In this document: piece by piece, positions 1 to 10,912 of the stretch
Layout: every line of letters starts with the position of its first letter
Numbering within the stretch: position 1 is the first letter of the stretch
NCBI RefSeq assembly: GCF_018977255.1
Contig: NW_024704742.1
Coordinates: forward strand, 8,434,001 to 8,498,000
From: Callorhinchus milii
Taxonomy: Eukaryota
Reading direction: 5' to 3'
DNA length: 64,000 bases
Position numbers and translations under genes: made by a program
Notes under the pieces: model-generated
Database searches by the model: none
The model's input: the letters and a program-made list of their open reading frames with translations, nothing else
What the model was told of the DNA's origin: nothing

Positions 1-830
1 GTAACATGGGCAGACATGTGGCAGATGAAGTTTAATGTGGGGAAATACAAAGTGATGCATTTTGGGTCAAAGAATGAGGAGAGGCGATATAAACTGATGG
101 TACAATCTGAAAGGAATTGAAGGAACAGAGAGACTTATGTGGGTTGCCATCTAAGTAAAGCTTTAAAGGTAACAGGACAGGTTGATGAAGCTGTTAAAGT
201 AGCGTATGGGATACTAGGCTTCATGAATAGGGGCATAGAATACAAAAGTCAGGAATTTATGATGAACCTTTATAAAACACTAGTTAAGTCTCAGCTAGAG
301 TACGGTTTTCAGTTCTGGGCACCACACTTCAGGAAGGATGTCAAGGCATTGGAGATTGACCAGGATGGTACCAGGAAGTGGGACTTCAGTTATCAGGAGA
401 GGATAGAGAAGCCGGGATTATTCTCCTTGGAGCAGAGAAGGTTAAGAGGAGACTTAATAGAAGTTTTCAAAATTATGAGGGGATTCGATAGGGTGAACAA
501 GGAGAAACTATTTCCACTGGCGGGTGGGTCGATAACCCCAGGACACCGATTTAAAATAGTTTTAAAAGAAACAGAGGGGAGTGGAGGTGAGGAGAAAGTT
601 TTTCACGCAGCAAGTTGTTCGGATCTGGAATATTTTGCCTGAAAGGGTGGTGAAAGCTGTTTTCGATAACAACTTTTAAGAGAGAAATAGACAATTATTT
701 TGGGAGGACAGTTTGCAAGGCTATAGGGAGAGCGCGGGGAGTGGGATTGATTTGCATAGTTCTTTTTAAAGAGCCGACACAGACACGATGGGCCGAAAGA
801 CCTCTTTCTGTGCTGTATAATTGTGTGATT
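1..830 (+). mobile_element. CR1 LINE 3' fragment (C-terminal ORF2 + 3' UTR), degenerate
   Basis: ORF 139-642 has CR1 ORF2 C-terminal motifs (LEYxxQFWAPH, LFSLEQRRLRGDLIEVFKIM), followed by a CR1-type 3' end (gatgggccgaaagacct...gattcta). Confidence 0.9.
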
Positions 831-928
831 CTAGGTCCTGAATTAGTCTGTTCCTTAATGAACAACTAGGCCGCAATGTTAGAATAAAATTAGATAATTT
901 CATATGTGAATTAGTTACAGAAATACTC

Positions 929-949
929 AAAGTGAAAGTGAAAGAAAGT
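929..949 (+). promoter_or_regulatory. IRF-binding / ISRE element upstream of APOL-A
   Basis: AAAGTGAAAGTGAAAGAAAGT matches the IRF (GAAANN)n consensus. It lies ~80 bp upstream of a donor site at 1025/1026 that is conserved in the paralogue at 59589/59590. Confidence 0.6.
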
Positions 950-979
950 TGTGTTGTAAATTTGCGCACACCTTTATGC

Positions 980-1025
980 ATGTCATGTTCAGCCGGTCAG
1001 TCACACAGGTCACCCAGGCTACCAG
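980..1025 (+). other. APOL: Putative non-coding exon 1 of APOL-A (5' boundary approximate)
   Basis: Donor CCAG|GTAAATGGG at 1025/1026. Same donor in the duplicate (59589) and a similar one in APOL-C (TAG|GTAAATGG on the minus strand at 50426). Confidence 0.45.
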
Positions 1026-2126
1026 GTAAATGGGTTGTTTGTTGCTGAACTATCAATGTTAACAATTTGTATTGTCTCAGCACCTAGTGCTGTAACCAGG
1101 AGTAACTTTTACTGATGTTGAGGAACAGAGAGATCGTAAGGATATGTAGGTTAAAGGTTTAAAAGAGAATAAAAAGACAAATTAAGTTGTGCTTTGTAGT
1201 TATTGACTGTAAAGCAGAAAGTGCTTACTTCATTAGTTAGAATAGTGTATGTATTATCACAGCCACAGAGAGGCTATGGACGGCATTGATTCTCAAGGGG
1301 AATGAATATCAGAGTGGAGGTTTATATGGAGTATAAACACCAGGCTATGGACTGAATGGGCAGTGTCTGTGCTGTAATGCTCTATGTAATTCTATGAGCA
1401 GCCGTGGTTTCAGGAGAGGCTCAACAAATTGGGGTTGTTTTTGGTGAGACAGAGAAAAGATGCGATAGAGGACTTAACAGAGGATAGAGGAATTTCCTCT
1501 CCCCATGGATGCTGCCTGACCAGCTGTGTGTTTTCAGCCACTTCTGTGTTTATACCAGATTTCCAGCATCGACAGTACTTTGCCTTTTGTTTGGAGGATT
1601 TAACATTCTGAAACAGATTGTGAGGTTAAACAGTAACAGATTATTGCTGATCAGTGCACAGTGATACGTGTGATGTGTGGTTGAGGCCTGTGTTCTGTTA
1701 CTATTATGGATATAGGGTTTGGTTACAGATTATCAAACCCCCTCAGAAACCATTTTACACTTCATTTGACTTTGTCTGACTGTGTCTAAAAATGGCTGCT
1801 CTTCAGCCCTTCAGGGTGTGTTGACTTCCTGTAGTGAATAATCATCAACATCAACCTGACTCGTCCAACCAGACAATAGAAAACCTGTTCATATAACAGA
1901 AAAACTGGAATGGACAATAGAAAATTGAAGTTGCATCCATCAATGTCATCAGGCTCCATTGTCTCTCTGTCGCCCAATGTACAAATCCCGGTGTGGCCGC
2001 ACTCCGCCTTAACTATCTGGATCTCTATTCAGCCACTACATCCCAAAACTCTGGACTACACTCCCTCAATCCCTCCGCCTTGCCTCCTCTCTCCCCTTTT
2101 TCAAGTCTTGCCTGAAAACGTTCCTT

Positions 2127-2760
2127 TTCAACCATGCATAAGGTTACCTCCCCCACTGCCCCCCAACCTGCATTGAACTGTTGAAAATTTCCCCTCATCC
2201 AGAACTTGATGTCCGACAGACTGTCTGTCAGGACAGCAGTGGTCCTGGAGTTGAGGGTGGAGAAAGATAGAGTTGGGTGTCATCTGCATACATATGGATG
2301 TTGACCCCATGTCTGCGGATGATGTCACCAAGGGGGAGCATGCAGATGTTAAAGAGGAGAGGGCCAAGGACAGAGCCCTGGGGGACGCCAGACGTGACAG
2401 TGCGGGGGCTGGAGGAGAAACCGTTAGAGGCAATGGTGGAGACGGTGTGAGAGATTGTAATCAAACCAGGCAAGGGCAGGTTTGCGAAGATTAAGTAAAG
2501 AGGAGAGGCAGTGTATGAGGATAGAGTGGTCAACAGTGTCGAAGGCAGCAGAGAGGTCGAGGAGGACAAGGAGGCAGAGGGAGCCCTGATCACAGATGTT
2601 CAGAATGTCACTAGTGACTTTGACCAGGGCTGTTTCTGTGGTATGGGCAGTGTGGAAGTGTGGATTGAAAGGGGGGAAAGGTATGTGAAAACCTTCAGAA
2701 TTACTGGAAATCTCCTGTAAGCAGGGTGGCTCCCTCCAGGGAGTGTGCACTTTCCATTCC
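2127..2760 (-). mobile_element. L2 LINE reverse-transcriptase fragment
   Basis: Minus-strand ORFs contain [34 protein letters not shown] and YADDTQLY, with frameshifts. Confidence 0.9.
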
Positions 2761-2950
2761 AATTTACAAGAATTTTCATATATAGCTAGAATTTGGTAGA
2801 TCGGGTTTTAAGGTTTATGGGGCAAGGGTGGATAATTGGACTGGAGGAACAGATCAGCCATGATCTTATAGAATGGCAGAATGGGCTTGAGGGACTGAAT
2901 GAATAGAGATGCACTCCTGTAATATTGATTTCCTTTACCTCTTCAGAAAC

Positions 2951-3035
2951 ATGATCGTTGAGGTTACAGGATCCTGGTCTAATCTCATCGTTCTCTTCCT
3001 CTTAGTCCTTCTGGCAGCATGGTTTCTCATGTCAG
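2951..3035 (+). CDS. APOL: APOL-A first coding exon (hydrophobic leader MIVEVTGSWSNLIVLFLLVLLAAWFLMS)
   Basis: Acceptor tttacctcttcAG at 2946, ATG at 2951, donor CAG|GTAAGG at 3035/3036. 85 nt, phase 1; joins in frame to the micro-exon and terminal exon. Paralogous exon at 63604. Confidence 0.65.
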
Positions 3036-3799
3036 GTAAGGTTTCACGATGATTTCCAGTTTATGAAAACTGCTGAGGGATGTTCAAATACAGACAAACT
3101 GCAGCAATGACTGGATTGTGCAGAAGCCACGAACACCTATCGTAATCCCATTCATACACTGCCCGGAGTAGGATCCCTATCCCTTTCCATCAGCTTTGAA
3201 CACCCAATGAACAGGGTCAGCAGCTCAGTGAAGACCTGAGTCATGGCTTCCTCCTCTATTGAAGGTGTCAGATCTCATTTCTTCATCCGGTGTCTTGAAG
3301 ATATGGACTGGCAAAGCTGACACTGTAAGAATTCTCAGCCCTTTTATCCAATCACACATGTTTTTTTCCCCCATATTGGGGTCCATTCCTCATTCAGTCA
3401 CTGACCTGTGGTGCCTGTCTTAGCCCAGTGTTCATGGATAGTAAAATTCCACGGAACTATTTGAAAAGAAAAGTGAGTTTCTCCTGGTGTCCTCACTAAC
3501 AATCCCCCAAATAAAATGAGTCATTCACTTCACGGCTGTTCGTGGCATTGCTGTGCACAAATTGACTGCTGCATTCACCCACAAAATACACAGCAACTCT
3601 GATTTACCTTATATCCTTTAAAGCACTTTGAGACATTCTCCAAATGTGAAAGGTGTTAAATCAAATGCAAGGATTTTTGTTAGTATGCTCTATGTTGGAC
3701 AACTTGTCGCTCAGCCTTACTGTTTGATAGAGCATCTGTGAATGTTGTGTTGTGGACAGTATTTCTGTACCACAAACTGAGGAATTCTGATTGTTTCTT

Positions 3800-5310
3800 T
3801 CCATACTTGAACAGTTAGGAATATTGGAACACCTCCACAACTCCCTCTCCACCTCTCTTGATGCCCTTGTCCCCCTCATTTCCTGAACTATCTCCTACTC
3901 ACGCAAGTCCCCGGTACACCAGCCACCTCCACTCCCTCAAGGCACAGGTGCGTGCTGACAAGGTGACTTGGACCAAACACAATGCAATGGTCCATTGGCA
4001 GATCTGGCTGGACCACATCAAAGCCTACCATTCTGCCCTTGCCTCAGCTAAATCGTTCTCATATTCCAAGATAATCTTTGAGGCCAACAGTCTCAGGCTC
4101 CTCTTCTTCACCACCCTTTCATGATTCACCCATCCTATCCTCCAATGCCAACTGCAAGGAGATGCTGGACTTCCTCAAAACCAAATTTAAGGGGATCCGC
4201 TCAGCTGCTTCTGCCCTTACAATTACTACTCCCTCCATATCCCCCTCACACCCTGGGGCCCTACCCATCCTTCCCTCCACACCTTCGAACCTGTCTCCCC
4301 CTCCTCTCCCACATTATGACCGAAATGAAACCCACCACCTGCTCTCTTTGGCTACCTGTGACCAAGACTCCCTCTGTCTCCTCATTCTCCTTGACTTCTC
4401 TGCTGACTTTGACATGCAAAGTGTTCTGTGAAACACTTTGAGATGTCTCGAAGACGTGATAAGGTGCTATATCAAATTCAACGATTATTATTATTGTTGA
4501 CCATTCTATCCTCCTCCCCTGCCTCTCGTTTGGTGAATCTTCATGATCCTGTCCTTGCCTGATTCAAATCTTATCTTTCCCACAATTTCTACTTGAACTT
4601 CTACTTCTGCATGAACGGCTTCTCCTCCAGCCCCCACATCTGTGTCCCTCTGGGCTCTGCCTTTGGTCCTCTCCCCTTCAATATCTACACGCTCCCTCTT
4701 GGTGTCGTTATCCGCAGACATGGGGTCAACTTCCACATATCTCTGCCTCCACCCTCGACTCCAGGACCACTGCTGTCCTGATGGATGGTCTGTCAGACAT
4801 CGAGTTCTGGATGAGAGCTAAATTTTCTCCAATTGACTGTCAACAAGACCAAGGCCCTCCTGATTGGCTCCTATCAGTGCCTTTTCACCTCAGGCACTGA
4901 CAGCATCACTTTCCAAGGATGCCACACCACCTCACTGAGTCAGTCCAGGACCTTGGCATCTTGTTTGACCCTCAACTATTCTTTATTCCTCACATCCGTG
5001 CCATGACCCATTCTGCCTTTCCGCAACATTGCTCTGGTGTCTCTCCCCTCAGGCTGCTAAGACCCTTGTCTATACATTCATCACATCCAAGTTTGATTAT
5101 AATGCTTCTCGTTGCTTGTCAGCTCCCCAGCTCTTCCCTCTACAAGCTGTATATTATTCAGAGCTCTGTATAATTAGATTACACTGCTGGAGAGGATAGA
5201 GTTCTAAATTCTCGTCCTTGTTTTCAAAGGCCTCCACGACCTTCCTCCTTCCTACCTCTGTGACCTATTCAGCCAATACCAACCTGTCCGCTCCCTCCAA
5301 TCAGTGGACT
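3800..5310 (+). mobile_element. Degenerate L2 LINE ORF2, interrupted by a SINE 3' fragment (~4410-4495)
   Basis: L2-like peptides (HSALASAKS..YSKII, CDQDSLCLLILLD, DLGILFDPQL) in shifting frames. Confidence 0.8.
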
Positions 5311-5314
5311 CTGG

Positions 5315-5890
5315 CCTACAACCCTTTGTGTGAAAAAGTGCTTCCTGATTTTGTTTCTAAATGGCCCAGCTCTAATTTTAGGATTATGTCCCCTTGTTCC
5401 AGTTTCCCCCACCAGAGGAAATAGTTTCTCTGTAGCAATCCTATCAAATCCCGTCCTCATTTTAAACACCTCAATTGGATCACCACTCAACCTTCTAAGC
5501 TCAAGGGAATGCAGAACAACATGTCCTTATAATTTAGCCCTTTAAGCCCTGATATAATTCTGGTGAACCTGCGCTGCACCCCCTCCAGAACCAAAATATT
5601 TTTCCTGAGGAGTGGTACCCAAAACGGAACGCTGAACTCCAGATGGGGTCTGAATAAGACTAGATAACTGACAGTGCTCTAACCACTGAGCTACATGACT
5701 CCACAAATATACCGTCAATTCACTTTACAGTCTATTCTGTGAAGTGTTTGAGACATTGAGAAGACCTGAAAAGCACTATACCAAATGCAAGGATTATTAT
5801 TATTATTAGATAGTTGAAGCATCATTTCCTCTCCTTTATATTCCAGCCCCCCTTGTGATAAAGAACAACATCCCATTAGCCTTTTTGATA
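5315..5890 (-). mobile_element. CR1 3' fragment with an internal SINE remnant (~5672-5808)
   Basis: ORF 5269-5490 (GDxIEVFKM...LFPLVGE...RKHFFTQRVV) is CR1 ORF2 C-terminus. Confidence 0.8.
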
Positions 5891-6089
5891 ACTTTTTGTA
5901 CCCGAGGGGTGAAGTTTGTTCACTCACGGTCAGTTATTGTTGAAGGACATTGCCAAGAGTAGAATATTTGACAGAGTGATAATGAATGCAATAATATAAC
6001 ACCCCAATATTGTGGTGGTCAATGAGTATTCTGTCATGTTCACTCTATAATAACCAGCAATAATGGTTTGTTTCTCAATTGTTTAACAG

Positions 6090-6114
6090 ACAGTAAAGGA
6101 TGCAATGAAGACAG
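6090..6114 (+). CDS. APOL: APOL-A 25-nt micro-exon (DSKGCNEDR)
   Basis: tttctcaattgtttaacAG|...GACAG|GTACGT. Length 3n+1 converts phase 1 to phase 2 exactly as needed. Equivalent micro-exons exist in APOL-B (25 nt) and APOL-C (28 nt). Confidence 0.65.
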
Positions 6115-6274
6115 GTACGTACAAATATGAGGCAGTTCCTGAATAAACTGCCTGATTTTGTGAATGAATCTCTTCTTCTCATCTCTCTGCATTGCTCTCT
6201 GTTTGATCGTGTTTTTTCTATATTTCACCAAAGTCTGGGTTGGGTTGTAGGCATCACGGTCAGATATTGTTGTG

Positions 6275-6620
6275 GGACCCTGCAGGGAGTAGAACATAGG
6301 ACCCAGGTTCGATTCCTGGGCAGGGCAAACATTTAGGCAAGTTTCCTTACTCCACACACCTTTGTTTAGTTATCAGTAAATAGGGACCTGGTTGTTAGAC
6401 AATTGGTGGATTGCTTTCTGGGGGTAATAATCTCTCAATTTAAAAAAAATTGGTCACTCAATCCACAACTGTTTGTGGGATACTGCTATGTGCAACTTAC
6501 TGCCACATTTTTCCCACAAAATATACAGTTAATCCACTTTTCAATATAATCTGTGAAGCATTTTGAGATGTCTTACTGATTGATAAGCACTATATCAAAT
6601 GCAAGGATTATTATTAGTAA
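6275..6620 (+). mobile_element. Older diverged tRNA-Deu SINE copy
   Basis: B-box-like ggttcgattcc, gcaagtttccttactccacac, Deu-like core and caaatgcaaggattattatt tail. Confidence 0.7.
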
Positions 6621-7399
6621 TACAACAACAACAACAAGATTTCATTTATAGAGCGCCTTTCACACCAGGAGGACGTCCCATGGCAGTTGGGTCGGGACCC
6701 GAGCTGGGGGGAAATGGTCAGGGTGAGGGGAGGGAAGGGAGGGAGCGAGGAGGGGAGGGAAGGGGGGGAGCGAGGAGGGGGTAGAGAGTCGAGAGGGGAG
6801 CTGAAGGCACGGTCAAAGAGAAAGGTCTTGAGACCGGCCTTGAAGGAGGAAAGGGAGGAAGCAAGGCGCAGTAATAGTAATATTTGTCAATATAATTAAA
6901 ACATTGAAAGTTTCCTTTTTCACCCCAACATTAGAAAACTAACTTCTGATTTTGGAGATCTAAAACTACATTTAAGAAAATGCTCCTGTTATCATGCTAC
7001 CGTGTTTTGCCCACAAAACATAGTCAAATCGATTTATAGTATATTCTGTGAAGTGCTTTGAGACATCTAGAAGATGTGAAAAGGCGCTATATCAATGCAA
7101 GGATTATTATATTTTGTTATTACCATTGAAGTGGTTTTATTATGGTAGAAGAGCAAATTAAGTTGCATGAATTTAATGTTAACATCAACAACTTGGATTT
7201 ATATAGCGCCCTTCACATGGAATAGTGTCTCGGAACTCTTAACAATGGCAAAGCCTGACGCATATTCGGGGGGGAGAGAGGAGGTGACCCTAAGCACGGT
7301 CGAAGAGGAAGGTCTTTAGTCATGTTTGAAAAGAGGAGAGGGGACAGCAGTGGGGTTGGGGAAGTTGGCTTTGTTGACCTTGCTTTTGAAGGTTCATTG

Positions 7400-9659
7400 A
7401 CATTGCCGGAGCATGGCATTCTATGTTTGATTTACACTGAGGACTGATATGTCTCGATTTTCCACATTGGAAACAAACCACTTGTTTCTTTACACTTACG
7501 GTTTCTCCCTTCTTTAATAATAATAATAATAATAATCCTTGCATTTGATATAGCGCTTTTCACGTCGGGAGGACATCCCAAAGCGCTTCACAGAATATAC
7601 TGTAAAGTGAATTGACTGTATATTTGTGGGCGAATGCGGCAGCCAATTGCGCACAGCAATGTCCCACAAACAGTCGTAGATTGAAAATGACCAATTTATT
7701 ATTGTTTTTGGTTTTGGAGGGATTATTATTAGGCTCTGTGTGGAGTAAGGAAACTTGCCCAAGGTTTCGCCCTCTGCCTGGAATTGAACTCAGGTCTCTC
7801 ACTTGCAAAGCGAGTGCTCTAACCACTGAGCTACAGGACTCCAAACCACTGAGCTACAGGACTTCTTGGAGGTGAAAATTTGGGTTTCCATTTCCAACCT
7901 GTGAGAGTCCCTCATTTTTCCACATCATTCTGGGTTTATTTTCCACCAATGTATTTCCTTTATGGCTTCTTAAATTTTCTTTCTCACCCTGTCTTACTCC
8001 CACTTCATTACCATTCTCCTTGTGATCTACGCCTCATCATAGTACTGATTGTTCCTATCCCAGCTTTCTTCAAATCTAGACTTGTACGGTGGTAAGGAAT
8101 GGGTAATGATCATTCTGTGCTATTCTGCAAAGTGATCCAGATTATTATGGACCAAATATTCGATATTCAAATAGTTCCCATTGTCTGTCTTTATAACATT
8201 TTGGATGTTCTCCTGGTATTTGTCTGCAATGCTCCAATACTGTATTGGGATCTCCTTTATCATATCCTATGGCATTTAAGATGTTTCCTTGGAAGTTGGC
8301 AGAACGCCTTTCCCATATTTCATGTCCACTGATAAGGTTTTAAACATTGTTGTGGACAATATCGCTACTAGTAACCTGAAATGTCCTTTATCATCACATC
8401 ACGTGTATTTTGTATAGCTCCGCGCTCTGCCTCATTAAATGATTAAAGGCATACGGTTTTCCAACAAATTTGAGAATGATATTTGCCATTACTTGTAGTT
8501 GCATTGTGTCATATGGTATTTTTACTCGAGCTACCTCTTCATCCTCGCCATCTGGGTTAGGTTTCAATTTGTGTTGAGGGGTTGGATACAATGACAAGGC
8601 TTTCACTTTTCAGTATTTGGGAGTAAATTCCCATCTTGATTCAGCAGTTACTGTGTCCAGTCATGGTATTGATTATACCCCTCTTAACTCTTTTCCTTGA
8701 ACATATTCAAGACTGAGATAGATAGATTTCTTATTGCAAAAGGGATTAAGGGATATGGGGATAAGGCAGAGTCAGGTTATTAGCTGGAGTTAGGTTAGAA
8801 GATCAGCCATGATCTAAGGGCCGAATGGCTTACTCCTGCTCCTACATGTTATGTTAACTGTGTGCTGTTCTTGTATTTTTTCTATTTCTTTTTGGGATGC
8901 AACGTGCGATTCCCCTTTCTGGCTTTTTGTGACAGAGCTGCTTGCACTCTAATTACAGTGTGTAAATCACTGTTCTGTTGTTCAAGTTGTTTAATATTTT
9001 GCTCTTACATTCATTTATCTTGTCACCCCATTCCTGCACTTGCCTCAAAATATTAGTTGCCTGTGCCTGATAATATTTGGTGTAAACTTCTAAACTTTGT
9101 ACTCTCCGCATCTAAAAGATTCAATTTCTTCCCTTCTATTTGAACTGTTCTCTTTGCAGATTATCCCTAAAATCAATCATTTGGTATTCGGCCTCTTGGA
9201 CTCTTTTTTACTGTTTATCCAGTTTTGTTTGAGCTCCATTTGAGTTTCTTTCAACTCTCTTACCTCTGTTTCCAGGGTTTCTTTGAACCCTTTTAAATCT
9301 CTTAATTCTCTGATTTCAGAGATCTGTATTTAGAAATCTGCAAGGTTTTAATCCATGCAGCTTCAGTTCAGTTATTCTTTTATCCTTTTTATTTTTTTAT
9401 TCTTTTATCTCTTAATTCTGCAACAATTCATCCATATGTCTCAATCGGAGTGTCACTGGTAGTGCCTCCTTAAAAAGCTCCACATGTTCAGGTAACCTTT
9501 TCTCCACATATGCTCTGTTTGAATCTGCCATGTTTTTAGAATACTTTTTCTAATTCTCCAACTGTTCTAAACGTGACAGGTCTAATACTCAATTTCTAGA
9601 CAATATTAAAATTTGTATTTGTCCAACTTCAACAGCACAGGTTCCCTGTTTGGACACCA
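7400..9659 (-). mobile_element. Decayed LTR retroelement/ERV internal region (PBS + gag) inside an APOL-A intron, split by a SINE (7515-7861) and a CR1 3' end (~8700-8835)
   Basis: Minus-strand TGGTGTCCAAACAGGGAA (9659-9642) resembles the tRNA-Lys3 PBS TGGCGCCCGAACAGGGAC. Disrupted ORF follows from ~9530, with a CCHC zinc knuckle CFQCGKSRHISPQC at 7475-7434. Confidence 0.65.
7515..7861 (-). mobile_element. Full-length tRNA-Deu SINE with duplicated 5' head and 6-bp TSD
   Basis: tRNA-like head GGAGTCCTGTAGCTCAGTGGTTAGAGCACTCGCTTTGCAA, Deu-like core TTGCTGTGCGCAATTGGCTGCCGC and (ATT)n tail. CTTCTT on both flanks (7509-7514, 7862-7867). Confidence 0.9.
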
Positions 9660-10133
9660 ATTATAAGCGTTATTTAAATTTGTGACCCTGCGGTGAAATA
9701 TGAACTGACATAAATTCCTATTTAAGTAGTAAAGCTTAATAAATAATGAGTAAGATTCTACAGAATCAAAATTATACATCAAATCAAATTAATTCTCACA
9801 ATACAAACTACAAAACAAAATTACATTTGTAAAACACCTTTCACTTTCCCAAGACGCTGAACAATCAGGGGTTAGGGATTTGCGATGAGGACCCGAGAGG
9901 GGGTGGGCTGGGGGGATCAGAGAAGGTGGAGGGTAGGGAGGGTAGGAGGTTGGCTGAAGGCACGGTGGAAGAGGAAGGTCTTGAGGCATGCCTTGAAAGA
10001 GACAGGGAGAGACTTGCAGGGAATTTGGGATGGAGTTTCAGAGGGTGGGATGGGTTGGGTGGGGAATGTGGAGCAGGCTAGAAAATGCGTTAAAGTGTCA
10101 AAGGCAAAAGTTGAAGGGAGCTAGAGTAGTAAT

Positions 10134-10665
10134 GGAGTCCTGTAGCTCAATGGTTAGAGCACTCGCCTTGCAATATAATAATAATAATCCTTGCATTTGA
10201 TATAGCACTTTTCACGTCTTCTAGACGTCCCAAAGCGCTTCACAGAATATACTGTAAAGTGAATTGACTGTATATTTGTGGGCGAACGCGGCAGCCAATT
10301 GAGCACAGCAATGTCCCACAAACAGTCATGGATTGAAAATGACCAATTTATTATTATTTTTGTTTTGGAGGGATTATTATTAGGCAAGCAAGAGACCTGG
10401 GTTCAATTCCAGGCAGAGTGAAACTTTGGGCAAATTTCCTTACTCCACACGCCTAATAATAATCCCTCCAAAACAAAAGAATAATAAATTGGTCATTTTC
10501 AATCCACGACTGTTTGTGGGACATTGCTGTGCGCAATTGGCTGCCGCGTTCACCCACAAATATACGGTCAATTCACTTTACAGTCTATTCTGTGAACCGC
10601 TTTGAGACGTCGAGAAGACGTGGAAAGCGCTATATCAAATGCAAGGATTATTATTATTATTATTA
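10134..10665 (+). mobile_element. tRNA-Deu SINE with a 5'-truncated antisense SINE (~10174-10385) nested in its tRNA head
   Basis: Head 10134-10173 breaks at TTGCAA, an inverted tail+core follows, and the head resumes at GCAAGAGACC ~10388. Confidence 0.9.
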
Positions 10666-10912
10666 ATGCCTGTGCCTCTGGAAAAGAAATATTTATTTTT
10701 GGAAATTTGTAAATCATCGTCTTCTGCTGCTCTCCTTGCTGGATCTCTCACTGCTTTGCTCACTTTAGCAAAAATATTGCGCCCTTTTTTGTTAAGCTTT
10801 AAGGTTTCAGCTCAAAACTATGTGTTGTTCTAAACTGTCATTTCGCCGACAATGTGTATTTATGTGAGAATTTATTTGAGAACAGATATCATTGTATTTA
10901 TTATATAAACAG

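Noticed and set aside
10854..10912. N-terminal extension of the 385-aa ORF (and 40573-40607 for APOL-C)
   Set aside because: Intronic read-through upstream of phase-2 acceptors that are conserved in all paralogues.
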